DNA of 64,000 bases. It comes from Octopus vulgaris. Taxonomy: Eukaryota. The position numbers were made by a program, and so were the translations under genes. The stretch is from assembly GCA_951406725.2 (NCBI GenBank), contig OX597820.1:81220001-81284000 (forward strand), read 5' to 3'. Under the pieces are notes generated by a model that had not been told where the DNA came from, did no database searches, and saw only the letters and a list, made by a program, of their open reading frames with translations. Every line of letters begins with the position of its first letter. Within the stretch, counting starts at the first letter, position 1. Below are positions 1-14,329 of this stretch, piece after piece.

Positions 1-129
1 ACAACAACAGAAAAGCAGCAACAGCTGCAATGACGTATATATATCTATGTATATATATGTATACAACAACAATGTATATATATGTATATATATATATGTA
101 TACAACAACAGTAACAACAACTACAACAG

Positions 130-3100
130 TAAAATCAAGAGTTGGAATTAAGCTGCAGCCCAAAAACACTTCAGGTTCATTTTCAGCAGATGGGGTTGCT
201 AATTCAATTGAAGAATTTACATATAATCCAGATGGGATTACGTTTTCTGCATACTTCAGAAGGTATGATGGAATTTTCAAAGAAGAATGTAGAAACTGGA
301 CGGATGAAAAGAAGGTACAACTTTTAAGGAAATTATCATCTGCTGAACATGGAAAGTATTGTAATTACATCCTGCTGAGGAAACCACCCGAAATTTGTTT
401 TGAGGAAACAATTAACCTGTTATCTAAAATATTCAGTGAAAGAAGTGGGAGTGCTTGAATTTGCAAAAAAAAAAAAAAAAAAGAAACTGAAGATTTTGCC
501 ATATGTGCCAAAATCGTAAACAGAGAATGTGAAAAATTTAAACTAAATAAATTAACTCCGCATATGTTCAAATGTCTAACCCTTGTACAAGGATTAACAG
601 CAAATAAAGATACAGAGATAAGGGCTCGAATATCGACAAAGCTTGAACAAGATTCAAAACTGACTCTACAGGCAGTGGCTGAAGAATGCCAAAGGATTAT
701 AAATTTACAACAGGATGCAGAAAAAACTGAAAAAGATTATTCAAATATACGTGTCGATCTGTAATAGATAAAAAAAAAAGAAAGAAGAACAACAGTCAAG
801 ACCCAAACCATGTTATGGCTGTGGAAACATACATTTCAAAAGAAACTGCCCTTTTAAGAATCTAAAATGTTTTGGATGTGGAAAAATCAAACATAAGAAT
901 TCACATTGTTGGGTGAAACAAAAGAGGTCTAATGGAAAAAATTTGAGAAAAAATGTATTGTCAACACAAATGCAAAGCAAGGCACAAAAGAGAAAATTTG
1001 TCTCCATAAAAATAAATAATGTGAATACAAGACTACAGTAGGACACAGGTAGTGATATCATGATTACGATGATACATGGAAAAAAATAAGAAAGCCTACA
1101 TTGCAAAAAACAGTTGCAATCTTTAGGCGAAATGCTAAGTAAGGTAATATTTTGTGAAAAAATTTTGAAAGCCAAAATTTTTGTATTAAAAAATGACAAA
1201 CCTATTGGGCAGAGACTGGATGGAACTATTTAATTTATGGGACCTCCCCATAAATATCTTTTGTAATAATGTAAACAGTTCTTATGCCAGTTCAAATAAG
1301 GCATCGGAGGATTTAAAAAAGAAGTTAAAAAAGATTTTTCCTGATGTTTTTCCTGAAGAATTAAATAGGTGCATGAAGACGAAAGTAAAATTTCAAGTGA
1401 AAGAAACTGCTGTACCAGTATTTAAACCGAAGTGAGCTGTACCTTTCACGGCATTGAATCAAGTCAATGATGAATTGGACAGACTTGAAAAGCTTGGAGT
1501 TATAGAAAAAATCGATTACTCAAAACAGGCATCACCAACTGTTTATGTAAACAAAAAATATAATAAAATTCGAGTATGTGCTGACTTTTCAACAGACTTG
1601 AACGAATGTTTAATGACATATAATTACCCATTATCAGGTCTGGAAGAAGTATTTGCAAAATTCAATGGAGGAAAACTTCTTTCAAAGTTAGACTTGTTGG
1701 AGATGTATTTAGTTACAAGGCAAGGAAGAATGTTCAAAATTACTAACGATAAACACCCATAAAGGTTTATATAAATTCAATTAACTTCCTTTTGGGATAA
1801 AGGTGGCACCTAGTATTTTCCAACAGGTGATGGACACTCAGCTTGCGGATACGGATTTAATTATAGCTTACTTAGATGACATACTCATAAAAAGTGAGTC
1901 TCAAGGCCAGCATGAGGAACATGTTAAAAAGGTCTTTGAAAGAATAAAGAAATATGGATTTAAATTTAGTGAGGGAAAATGTGAAGTTTTCATGCCAGAA
2001 ATAAAGTATCTAGGGCAAGTTATCAATAAAAATGGTCGTAGACCAGATCCTTCAAGATCAACTGCAATAAAAAAATATGCCTCCCCCAAAAATATTATAA
2101 TGCTACAAGTGTTCTTGGGGTTCACAAAGTATTACCAAATATATACACCAAATATGCATGAGCTAAGAGTACCCCTAAACAATCTATTGAAAAAAGACAT
2201 TAAATAGTATTGGCTGGACAGGTGTTTAAAGAAATTAAAAAAGTTTTAACATCAGAACTGTCATTATCGCACTTTGATCCAAATTTAAAAATAGTAGTAG
2301 CATCAGATGCTAACAAAAGTGGTATAGGAGTGGTAATTTTACACAAATATGAAAAGGGTAGCCTAAAACCAATTGGTCATGCTTCATGTTTATTGTTGGT
2401 GGCTGCAAAAAACTAGCCATTATTTTGGTAGTGAAAAAATTTCACAAATTCATACATGGAAGGAAATTCAGTCTGCAGACAGATCACTACCCAAGACTGA
2501 AATACCTTGGTCCAAATTACACATAGACTTCACAGGACAGTTAAATGGAGGGCATTATCTAATAGTGGTGGATAGTTACATGAAATGGCCAGAAATATGT
2601 AATGTAGGAAGCCAACATCCAAAGTAACAATGGAATTTCTGGATGAACTTTTTGTGTGATATGATGTCCCAGACACTATAGTGTCTGATAATGGAACACA
2701 GCTCATGGCAAAAGAATTTACAAACTTTTGCAAAATGCATGCAATGAAGCATATTACTACTCCGCCATACCATCAAAGATTGAATGAACTAGCTGAATGT
2801 TTTGTAGACACGTTTAAGAGTGCGCTGAAAAAATCTAGGAATGGCCTACTAGCTGATACTGCATTGACGCAATTCTTAAGTGTCTACCTAATCTCAACAC
2901 CACCTCAGGTATGTCACCGGCTGAACTAATGTTCACCAGGAAAGTCAGGTCAGTGTTTGACAAATTACTACTAGGAAGAAAAGAAAGAATGGAGAGAAAC
3001 AGAGAAAATAAGATAAAATATTTCAAAATCGGTGACAAAGTGCTTTTTAAAACGTACAGAAATAAAAATTAAAGTTGGGAAGAAGATATAATAAGTAAAC

Positions 3101-3345
3101 ATTTAAGAAAAATAATGTACATGGTAAAAGGTCATATGTGGGAACACAAAAGACATTTAAACCAACTGAAAAGAGGTTTGCAGAAGAAAGAATAAGACAA
3201 GAAGAACCAATGGCATTTCTTTATGACATTTTTGACATCCCAGTACCTCAAGGAATTGTTGAACTGAGTACATTGACTAGGAAAAGAAAACAAACAGAAC
3301 TTTTGCAAGTAGAGTCAAAACGAAAAAATATTCCAATTTCTTCCT
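130..3345 (+). mobile_element. Degenerate Ty3/Gypsy LTR retrotransposon gag-pol (pseudogenised)
   Basis: Ordered fragments: gag-like (FSAYFRRY..W.DEKKV), CCHC knuckles (~811-908, CYGCG..H / CFGCGK..H....C), protease D-T-G-S (~1040), RT (RVCADF, APSIFQ, YLDD at 1869-1880), RNase H (VASDA..GIG), integrase (W..LHIDF, SDNGTQ, PYH). PR-RT-RH-IN order indicates Gypsy. Many stops, frameshifts and deletions. Confidence 0.92.
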
Positions 3346-4614
3346 AGGGAATTAAGTAAAAAAAAAAGGTGATGGAGGTGGTAATAAATATATAATAAAA
3401 AAAAGAAAAATATTGACTTCCAAGGAAAGTCAAGCTCAAAATGTGGTAAAATCCAGACACCCCTGCAGGATAGCAAGTGAACTGTCCTAAACCTTGTAAA
3501 GGTGCATGCATACTGACAGTGGATGTACACTGTGGTGTGCGCAGTTGCCTTTGTGAAGGCAGTTGTAGAAGTCGTTGAGAAGAGACATAAGTTTGTTACG
3601 TGTTTGTTACTGGTGCCAAGCTGTATCAGCCTCTGCCTTTCCCTTAGATAACACTGGTGGCATGGAGACGGGAGGCCGGTATGCATGGGCGACTGCTGGT
3701 CTTCCATAAACAATCTTGCCCGGACTTGTGCCTGGGAGGGTAACTTTCTAGGTGCAATCCCATGGTCAGTGTCGTGACCGAAGGGGGTCTCAGTTTTGTA
3801 GTGTTACAACACTGTTACAGTGTAGTCTGTATCCAAACCCAAGGATATAAGAGTATGTATATATGTATGTATGCCGGGACACCACCTTGAAGGGTTTTAT
3901 GTTTGGTACTTATCCTATTGGCTCCTTTTGTTGATCCACAATATTATGGGGATGTAGAAAAACAAACACCAGTTGCCAAGCATGGGAGCAGGGACAAATA
4001 CTGAAAGGTGCATATACAATTAGACAATAGTGATAGTGATACTAAGGATAGAAACATAGATGAGACAAATGGTGGATACTGTTGTAGATTGTCTGAGAGG
4101 AAGGTATTCAAATCTGGGTAGCAACAAACTCAGAGATATTCTCAAAGAGGCATCAATTAGGGGGAATGGGTATATCTAGAGAACCATCAGAGAGAGAAAG
4201 AGAGAGAGGAGAGAGACAGAGGAAATGAGAGAAATAAGGAAATAAAAATGTATAAAAGAATGATGAGGAAAAGATAGATGGGAAAGTAGAAAGAGTGTGT
4301 AAGGATGCACAACTAATGGAGCTGACTAACATCTTATGAAATTGAAAATACCAAGTCAAATTATAGTCAAGATATAATAATACAATCAGTACATGGTTAT
4401 ACAAGAAAGTGAAAGACTGAAGTGGGAATCATTAAGATAATTAGGAACAAGATAATAAGTGGATAATTAATATTCTAGAAAGTATTTAATATCTTTATAT
4501 ATCTTTATAATAAGATTAAAAGGGGTTGCAAAGCTATAAGTGTGGATTAGAGGAGAGTAATAGGAACAGTAAAAATTAAATTCAGTATGAGAAATGAGTT
4601 TCTAATTTTATATA

Positions 4615-4890
4615 ATCTTTTATCTTTTACTTGTTTCAGCTATGCTGAAGAATTTCAGTCGCATGGATCAACCCCAGTACTTTTTTTTTGGAGCCTGCTA
4701 CTTATTCTATCAGTCTCTTTTGATGAACCACTATGGTACAAGGACATAAACACAACAACACTGGTTGTCAAACTGGTAGAGAACACACTTAGTTTCAGTC
4801 TACCAAACCAAATCGTAAGGCTTTGGTCAGCCTGAAGCTATAGTAGAAGACACTTGCCTAATGTGCCACGGAGAAGTACTGAACCCAGAA
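4615..4890 (-). mobile_element. tRNA-derived SINE (family A), degraded
   Basis: Aligns by eye with copies at 16471-16854 and 32545-32953. Confidence 0.75.
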
Positions 4891-4969
4891 TCCTCTTCAG
4901 AAGGTTTTATTAAATTGGTGTGAACAATAGATTAATGCGTCATTATGCTTATTCATTAGTCCTGACTTA

Positions 4970-6470
4970 CATCATCATCATTGTTTAATATCTGCTTTCC
5001 ATGCTGGCATGGGTTAGATTGCTTGACTGAGGCCTGGCAAGCTAGTAGGTTGCACCAGGCTCCAATCTGATCTGGCAATGTTTTTACAGCTGGATGCCCT
5101 TCCTAACGCCAACCACCCAAAGAGTGTAGTGGGTGCTTTTTATGTGCCACTGGCATGGGAACCAGTTAGGTGGTACTGGCATAGACCCTTCTTGAATGGT
5201 GCTTATTACATGCCACCAGCACAGGTACAAGTCAGGCGGTACTGGCCATTACTACAATTTCGATTTCACTTGACTCAACTGGTCTTCTCAAGCACATCAT
5301 ATTGCCCAACAATTCAAGTGTACTTTTAAATGGGCTGGTTACACAACACTGACATCGGCCACAGCTGCAATCTCACTTTACTTGCCAGGTTTTCTCAATC
5401 ACAGCATAACTCTAAAGCCTGATGACTGATCCTTAGTGAACCCCTATTTCTACCCAGAATTATTCACTATACTCATTTCTAACCCTGACAGCATCTCTGT
5501 ACAGGGCTTGTATAGCTCTAACCAACCACTCTTCTATCCATAGTTCCACATTGCCAACCAGATAAAGGATCAGGGGACCCTATCAAAGGCTTTCTCCCAG
5601 CAAAAGCCAAGTACAGAGGTTTATCTTTGGCTAGGTATTTCTCCTGCAGTTGTCTTTCCAGAAATACAGTATCAGTGGTGCTTCTACCTGGCACAAAACC
5701 TAACTGCATCTTATCTAGTTTAACTCTCTCCTTAATTAGTTGGGCTATGACCCTCTCCGTGACTTTCATCACCAGATCCAGCAATTTGATACCCCTGTAG
5801 TTATTTCTATCTAAAACATCACCTTTACCTTTGTAGCAGTTGACTATGGTGCTGCTACACCAGTCATTGGGTATGACTCCTTTGTGAACTACCTAATTTA
5901 TTATACAGGTGACTAGACCATAACCAACACCACCAGATATTTTAAGCATCTCAGTGGAGATTCCTGATGGGCTGGGGGCTTTCTCTGTCTTCATATCCTT
6001 AATTGCTTTATCTACCAGGTTACTGTGGATTTGGGTAACTGATCTCTCAGTTGGGTCAACCTTTCATTCTCCACATTCAGCAGTCTTTCATAATGGCATC
6101 TCCAAGCCTCTTTCTTTGCTGAATCATGAAGTGCAAGTGTACCATCATCCATGCAGACACATTTCTCTCCTATGACATCACACAATTTTCTCTCACACAT
6201 GGTCTTGCAATCAGAAATACTTCAGTTCTTTGGTCCTTGCATCACTGAACATTGGCAAATTTCTTTTCTGTTTCTCTCTTGGCTATATATACCAGTCTCC
6301 TAACTTCCTTTCTGGCTTTCTAATACAGTTCCCTGCTACTCCCACTCTTCCAAGCCTGTTTCTTTGCACTAATGGCTTTGTCTACAGCATTGGTCTACCA
6401 CTACATTACCCTAGGACAAGAAGGGACTTTGCACCAGCCACAGATTTGGTCTATGGCACTTGCTCTATGT
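4970..6470 (-). mobile_element. Degenerate RTE LINE fragment (RT region plus 3'UTR, internal deletion)
   Basis: LDLVMKVTERVIAQLIKERV..GFVPGRSTTD matches the RTE ORF at 21915; (CAT)n tail at ~4970 and 3'UTR motifs. Confidence 0.92.
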
Positions 6471-6559
6471 AAATTAAAGTACAACTACTTCCACTCCCTT
6501 TATATGAAATCCTGTCTGTAAAATTGACCATGAAATAGAGTAATCAATATTTCTATTTT

Positions 6560-7450
6560 CAAGGTTCTAGGTAAATTTTGTTAATGATGAATTATATAAT
6601 TTCTGTCTATCATTGAAAAATGCATGTGATAATTGTCATGACTTGAATTTTGATACTGTGACACTCATATAGCAATATACTTTATTGGTGTCTAGACAGA
6701 AGATTTATATACTAAATTTAGAGGTATGTTAAATGATGATAATGCACTAGTTAATCAAAGAGCAATTATATCAATCCCTGCATTTACACAAAAATTATTG
6801 GTTGTATTGTTACTAAAGTTATTGTTAGGAGGAGGCACAAAATCAATAGTAGATAAGATTTATTATTAACGCAGGTGCTAGATAAAGACAAACTAATAGG
6901 ACAAGTAGAATTGTGGGTGTAATTTCTAATATCATTTAATTTCTTCTTATTTATAAAGACTATATATTATCGGCTGAGTTAGGTACAGTGAATTACATAA
7001 ATCTAAGTGTGCTTATGAAATAATTAATATTTAACTAGAAGAGGGAAAGTGCTTTTCTAATGCTCATAAATTGCAGACATACACAAAGTGGCCACCTGCA
7101 GTCTGAAGAGGAGTTAAACCATAAAATATTCTGCTTACATAACCTATGCATTTTATCATTATTACTGTAGTGAATAATCTAATCCGATATAGAATAAGGG
7201 TTTCCAGTGCAGCGGTTATCATAAAGCTTAGTGTTCCTACATTTAATCCTGCTACTCATATTAGCTATAGGAAGGTCATTCCATCTACAAGTGTATGGAT
7301 TTTGGTTCTGGAGATAAGTTTTAAGTGTACTTGAGTCATTTACATTCTTAACTAGAGAAATGTTCTGATTAATGTCAATGGGGACTGTTTTTCCCACATT
7401 GATTTTGCAACAATTCCCACTCAAGCTAGACACATGTTTGACCATGTAAT
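6560..7450 (-). mobile_element. Penelope-like element remnant
   Basis: Broken minus-strand translation gives NILWFN..., EKHFP, CKCR..C, LVYKSSV motifs typical of the PLE linker and GIY-YIG domain. Confidence 0.6.
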
Positions 7451-7929
7451 CAATGGTGTTGAAGCCACAATCAATTCAATTGTTATTGTAATTAAGATTT
7501 ACAGTATTATTAGCATACATGCTAGGGAATACAGCAAATCAACCTTAGGGGGAATAACAACTTGCTTATTGGAAATGGACTCAATTTTATTAGTTTGTAC
7601 AGCCTTAGCTAAAAACCATGTGTAATAGTTGACATTTTAAACATCAAGGAAAATTCCTTCTTCCTTTGCATGCACAAACAACAGTTTGAACTGTGAAATT
7701 GCAAGCATGACTCTTTATTGATCTTATCATCTATCAAGCCGGAATAAATTCAAAATATGTGAACATTGATAATATGCATAAGAAATATAGCCTCCCAGGA
7801 ACTCTTGCTGAAACTCTTAACTGCATATACACATACAGAAGACATCATATGGTTTGCAAAATGTATTCTATGGGAAGAGGTGGAAGAGTTCCTGTCACAG
7901 TTAATTAAAATAAGGAATTTTGAGCCAAC

Positions 7930-8193
7930 AAGATGACCTCTAAGTGGTTGACTAATCTGTTAGAAATAACAACTGAATTTCCTCGGGTCATCTATTCCTG
8001 TCTTACTAAAGCCTCGGGTCATCTATTCCTGTCTTATTATACAGGTGACTAGACCATTTCTCTCCTATGACATCACACAATGTAGTCTTAGATATATAAA
8101 AAGATGAGATGGTCACAGAATCATCATCATCAGTTTTGATAATTGTTTTTCTGAATCAGATCTGACCTGGGATTAAACAATAACAACAACAAC
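7930..8193 (+). repeat. Dispersed short repeat with (AAC)n tail (other copies ~36130-36330, ~37585-37770)
   Basis: Shared blocks ...ctgttagaaa..., gatggtca(c/t), ctgacctggg(g)ctaa. Confidence 0.6.
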
Positions 8194-9399
8194 GGGAATT
8201 CTTCCTCCCAGATACAGTCTGTGCTGTAAAATGTACTAGAAATATGGACTAAAGTGACAAAGATTGGGAAACAAGAAAAAAAATATACATAGAATAAAAT
8301 GAAGTGTCAAGTATGATATTTGAAGAAAAGATTAAATGTTAATTGAGGTGGTACCAGCTGTAGTTATTATTTTTGTTGAATATGCTCATTAACTCTGTGA
8401 CAGTGTATGGTAAGTAAACAGTCAATCAAGTATCTGGAATCAGTTCAAACGTCTTGCAACATGGATGTGTTGTACATTAGCATGTTCTCTGACTGACTAC
8501 ACTACATTGTCAAATGGAAGAAATTATTAGATTAATATTGTGAACTAGTCCAATTGTACTTGATTAAAGACTGTTGACAGCCATTGTGAAGATAAATGAG
8601 ATTGACTCAGGCGGTTTTGAGTCTGGAATACAGTGGAGATGCTTGGCAGTCAAGTATAGAGATAAGATCTATCAGCGGAGATGATTTGATTACTGACAAA
8701 TAACTGAACTAATATGAATATGTAATGCAAACTGAAAAAGTATGCTTGAGATAAAAAGGAATATGGAGAACTGACTGCAGAAGAAAAAACACACTAAAGA
8801 TAAATTTCAAATTAAAACAAAAGTCTCTGACTATGAAAATGATATCATAGGGTTAGCACAACTCTATAACCTGCTGTGATATAGTCTCCCAGTTGAATAT
8901 ACAGCAAGATATACTTATAATGTCAATAACTAATTATATTTAGCATGCAAAGTAATCATATAACAAGCTGGATTCATAAAAACAGTAAGATTTCTGTCAG
9001 ATTATATCAGCTGCCTATGAAATATGCCTTCTAATATTGATTATTCTAATACTGCTAATTTGAAACTTACAATCTTCAGGTCACTTTCCTTTGTTGATTC
9101 ATGCATAAATAATTTAATTTAAAAGTAAAGAATTCTTCTTTTGTATTCTGGAGGTTCCATAATATTAATAGAGGACTGATACTTGCCACACATAAGCAAT
9201 CAAACTATAAGCTATTGACTTGACAATAGGCTGTGATATTTAAGCAAAAAGATGAAAGAGTTCACAGTGTTTCTAAAAGAAATTGTGGTTTAAATTCTGT
9301 TGAAGCTGCACTTGTAAATGAGGTTATAAAATTATCAGATTGCCTCAACATTCACCAAATGATTTGTCAGCGCTTCATTGATAATTTGTACGTATATAG

Positions 9400-9645
9400 G
9401 TGCAGGCGTGGCTGTGTGGTAAGAAGCTTGCTCCCCCCCCACATATATATGTATATATTTATGTTTGGCCCTCCACCATCACTTGACATCTGATCTTGGT
9501 GTGTTTACGCCCCAGTAAATTAGCAGTTTGGCATAAGAGACTGATAGAATAAGTACCAAGCTTACAAAGTCCTGGGGTTGATTTCTTCGACTAAAAGCCA
9601 GTGCCTCAGCATGGCCACAATCAAAATGACTGAAGCAAGTAAAAG
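9400..9645 (+). mobile_element. tRNA-derived SINE (family A), internally deleted
   Basis: A-box TGGCTGTGTGG; tail cagcatggccacaatcaaaatgactgaagcaagtaaaag. Confidence 0.75.
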
Positions 9646-11898
9646 TGTATATGTGTACATCTAAAATTTGACTTTACTCAATTTATGTACCAACCTAGTT
9701 TGACACTTTGGCGACCATGACTTATAATGCTTATGTTTCAGTGAATTTTAAACCAGTAAAGCCTTTCCATTAAATAGTATATTAAGGTAGTGTATGGAAC
9801 ATAATGCTGAAGATTCTTTAAAAATTATAACATCTTAACATTCATATCAACATGAATATTTTAAAACAAGTGCTGCTGCTGCTACACACACACACACACA
9901 CACAGATATCCTAGACTGTATCCAACAGCAGGTCATACAAATGATTGACATAAAGTCATTCACAGAAATGTTCCATTCTCTGGCCAAATTTTGTATTTCA
10001 CTCTGCAGTTTTTACAGATGTTATGATGACTTGCTTCTTGGTGCTGGCTGGGCTCATACCATTTCTACTCAAGCATTCTCAGTTCACTCATCTCTCTTTT
10101 TCACAACACCACTGTTGTGTCCAATTCTCTCAGGCACTACACTAATCACCACACCAAGTCCTTCCATTGGCCCTCTAGAATTCCCTCTGCTTAAGCCTTT
10201 TCTACATAAACGGCATCAATCTCACCAGTCACTATGTGAAGGCAGAGGTAGTCTCTTCCTGAAGAATCAGCAAATAAAATAAATCATTATATTTGTTTGC
10301 TTTGTGTCTATGATTCAGGGTGGCAGGAAGAGCATCCAGCTGTAAAGAACTGCTTAAAAAAATCTGTCCAACCCATCCCATCCCATCCCACCATATATAT
10401 GTATATATATCGCCATTATCACATTAAATAATAAATGTGTATTTATATACATATACATACACATATAAATCTATATTTGCATGTGAAAACAAAAGCTTAG
10501 CTATTACTCAGAAGTGAGTATGATCAAGTAGCGTATACCACATTTTCGCTAATTGTTTTGTGTACCTTTGTAGTCTTAAGCAGACAAACTATCAGCCAAG
10601 ACCTATGAATCTTGATCCAGTGGAACATCAAATATGTTTGTCAAAAAGGAGAGAGCACGGCAGCACAGTTGACTAATACATATTTTCACCTGGTAGACTC
10701 GAGTAACATATTGGAGCTACATTTAATTTCAATCAAAGATACTCTGTGCATTTAAACTCATTGAAATAAGAAAAAAACATGGTACATCTAATTCTCTTAC
10801 AGAACATATACACAACCTTAGGTAAAAAAAACACACAACCCATTATATATATAGCTTGGTCCATTGTTGACTCTGGTCATCCATACCAAAATGTCCGTGT
10901 TGGTTATGTTTGAGGGAATCCATACATTCCACATAACTCTACATTATCATTGAATAAGCAACATGAAGCTTTCTCTATGTGTGTTTATAAATTTTTTAAA
11001 TCATTTAAGTTTTACCATAAATCTAATTGTAGTAAAATAACTACTTCTGATTCTCAGTGATGTATAATTTAGATATATAAATATAAAACAGTATCCTTTT
11101 ATCTTTTTATTTCATAGATCCTCATTTTTCCATTAATTCATATTTACTCATCCAGCCTGGATTATAATTAATCAAATACCTATACAGTTGCAACTCTATT
11201 GTTTTTAATTGAACACCACTAGGCCGTCTCTTCTCCCAGTTATGGAGTTATACACTGGGTCATAATATATATATAATTAATTTAACTTACCAGATTTCTT
11301 TACTGAGTTACTTATAAAATATCTATTGTCTAGTGTCCATTATTACTATATTTGTTTCTTTCCTGGGCCCTATAGTTTCACTCTGCTGGAACTTAGCAAA
11401 AAATATCTTTTATTTTTTTATGTTTTAAATTTTTTATTTCTGATTCAGCTATTCGTAATGAGTATACACTTTCACTAATACTACACATTTAAAAATTTTG
11501 ACTGATATTATTGGCATCTATTTCTAGTACCAATGTAACTGAGCAAGCCCCCAAACCTCCCCTCACCTCCAGTTGTATCATGCTCACTGTAGTTGGAGCT
11601 TAAAATTCGAGAACTTCACTATCCTTTACAACCACTTTATTACCATCCTAACATCATCCCTCTTACTCTTGCTATCTAATGACTCTGGTCAACATTGATG
11701 GTCAGCTCTCAGGTGAAAGTATCTGACACCTGCTATTTTCCGTCCCTTATCTTTCTGTCTGTGTGCATACATCCCTAACCTCTTTCACCAAACATGCCCT
11801 TGCAATACTGATTACTATGTATCTACTCTAGTGCATCTACCATTCTATCTTTCCATCACACTGTTGTATATTATTCCTGCACAATCCTAATTCACTCT

Positions 11899-12211
11899 TG
11901 TTGAGGCACATGGCCTAATGGTTAGAGCAGCAAACTTGCGGTCGGGGGATAGCAGTTTCGAATCTCAGACCGGGCGATGTGTGTGTTGATGGGCAAAACA
12001 CCTAAGCTCCATGCGGCTCCAACAGAAGGTAATGGCAATCTTCTGCTGACTCCTTCGCCACAACTTTCTGTCACTCTTTCCTCCTGCATCTTGCAGCGCA
12101 CCTGCGACGGACTGGTGTCCCGTCCAGGTGGGGAACCTATACGCCACGGAAACTGAGAAACTGGCCCTTATGTGCCAGGCATGGTTCGAGAAGGAACAAA
12201 CAAACAAACAA
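11899..12211 (+). mobile_element. tRNA-derived SINE with V-domain-like core and 12-bp TSD
   Basis: A-box TGGCCTAATGG, B-box-like TTTCGAATC, core cctgcgacggactggtgtcccgtccagg, (AAAC)n tail; TSD CTAATTCACTCT at 11887-11898 and 12212-12223. Confidence 0.85.
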
Positions 12212-12594
12212 CTAATTCACTCTCTATTCAAAAATGCAACTGGTAACTAACATTATCCTTTATCATGAATTATCATCAAATATTCACCACTGAAACTGCT
12301 AATATAATTTTATTATTTATTCAATCATGGAACTGTGTAAAGCATATCTATTTCTCTCTGATCCTTCCTCATCACCGATAGGAGATATTTCTTCATTTTT
12401 ATGACTTCTCCCTCTCTGCTGATGTAATACTCAGCTTTTGGAATCCTTACTGAATATCATGATCCACACACTTGGTTATTCTAGAAACAGCTGTAAGAGA
12501 CTTTAACTGCTTATATTCTGTATCTAAATTAAATGTTTTGTGGGCAATGTCAAATATTTGCTTTTTCAATTTTGATATATATATATATATATAT

Positions 12595-13365
12595 AGGGAG
12601 AGTTTACGAAAAAAACAAAAGATGAAGACAGATGGTGTACAAAACAAACAGATGTATTAGTATGACGCTCAGGAATAGAAAAAGTCTTTTACGTTTCAAG
12701 CCTACGCTCTTCTACAGAAAGAGACACAGAAAAAAAAAAAGGAGAGAAAAAAATGTATGTAGTGGCTAGCGATCTATCATGGCGATATATATAGAAACAT
12801 TATTTTTAATTCTTGCAAAGAGAGATATTCAGTAACAGTTCTTTACACCCACTCCCACATGCCACACCTCTCCCCCCCACCCTCCACCTACCCACACACC
12901 CCACCATCAGCCTAACCCACACCCCACCCTTGCTTTCCCCACTCCCGCCTCCCCCATCTCCCAACACCATCACACCACACACCACTACATTTTACACCAT
13001 CATACCACACAACACATCACATTTTCACATCTGCACATACACACACGCACACGTCAAGATCACCAGCACTCTTCCACATGCACATATGAACTCTCTTATA
13101 CACACATATGCGCACCTTCGTTTTGGGATCACCACTACTTTATTATCCCCCCTTCTTCCTAGCTCTCCTGTGTGACCCTTCTGTCCGGCATTCGCCATGA
13201 TAGATTGCTAGCCACTACACATTCTTTATCTTCTCTCCTTGTTTCTTTCTGTAGAAGAGTGTAGACTCAAAACATTAAAAACTTTTTCACTTCCCGAGCA
13301 TCATACTAATACATCTGTTGTTTACACCACCTGTCTTCGTCTTTTGTTTTTTTGTGAATTCTTCC

Positions 13366-13368
<3 letters not shown>
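12595..13368. mobile_element. Non-autonomous Penelope-like insertion with inverted terminal duplication, in (TA)n
   Basis: ~12597-12785 is an inverted copy of ~13192-13368; same family as the GIY-YIG-bearing copies at 27730 and 54075. Confidence 0.8.
12685..12722 (-). ncRNA. Minimal type-I hammerhead-like ribozyme (A6U core variant)
   Basis: Minus strand TCTTT-CTGTAGA-A-GAGC-GTAG-GCTT-GAAA-CG-TA-AAAGA; helix I 5 bp, palindromic helix III ACGT, GUA site. Confidence 0.6.
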
Positions 13369-13430
<62 letters not shown>

Positions 13431-13431
<1 letters not shown>

Positions 13432-14300
13432 CTACTACATATGTGGAAAATCAGTGTGTGTGTGTTTGTGGCATTGTTAGCTAACCCCTCCTACATCGTT
13501 TTATTGATTTTGCTGAAACTTGACACACGAGTAGAACTCATGTCTGGAAACTTCGTGACATACTTAGATTGTTGAAAAAAAATCGATAATACGGCCCCTG
13601 GAAGGGATCTTTAAATCTACCTCATATAACTATTTTTTTTTAAACACCCAAGGGAAATATCCCATAGCACCTGCACAATGTTTTTTTAAACACTCAAAGG
13701 GAAATAACCCATAGCACCAGCACTTACAGTTGTTAGTTTTTAGTGAAGTGATCCATATTTGATTCTCACCATCAGCAGACCTAATTCTGTATTTCCCTAC
13801 TCACAGTTTTCAACTACTAAACCTTATTATTGCACTTTCTCGATGCAGGAACACTTTCAATGCTCATCTCCGATAATTCTGCATTTTCCCTGTAAAATTT
13901 TTGATTCCAGAACATATTTAATAAGTGTGTCCCAATACAAAGAATTCATACTTTGAATGCTTAAAATTCTTAAAAAACGAAACCAAACTTCTACACAATA
14001 TTCAGTTGGGACACCCTGTATCACTTAAACTTATTTTACAAATCATAATATTTATTGCTTATTTACAGTTGATACAACATTTTCATGAAACTAATTGAGC
14101 CATCGAATTTAGAAATATTTTACAGGTTTCATTGTTGTACTTTGAATATTGATTTTTGTGTGTCCAATTTCAAATTTTTGCAGACAATATCACTTTTATA
14201 CTTTATTTGACACGTGAATAGAACTCCTGTCTGGAAATCTCGTGACATACTTAGATTGCTGAAAAAAAATCAATAATAGGGCCCCTCCAATGGATTCTTC
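13431..14300 (+). mobile_element. Probable non-autonomous Helitron-like repeat with internal ~100-bp duplication
   Basis: A|TC start, (TG)n, then a ctgaaacttgacac motif; ~13520-13612 duplicated at ~14207-14298; 3' end not identified. Confidence 0.4.
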
Positions 14301-14329
14301 TATTTACTACATATTACTAATATTCTATT

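Noticed and set aside
3379-3850. 3' LTR of the Gypsy element
   Set aside because: A purine-rich tract precedes it, but no matching 5' LTR is in the window and the ends cannot be defined
11903-11975. tRNA genes at SINE heads
   Set aside because: No complete cloverleaf; they continue into SINE bodies
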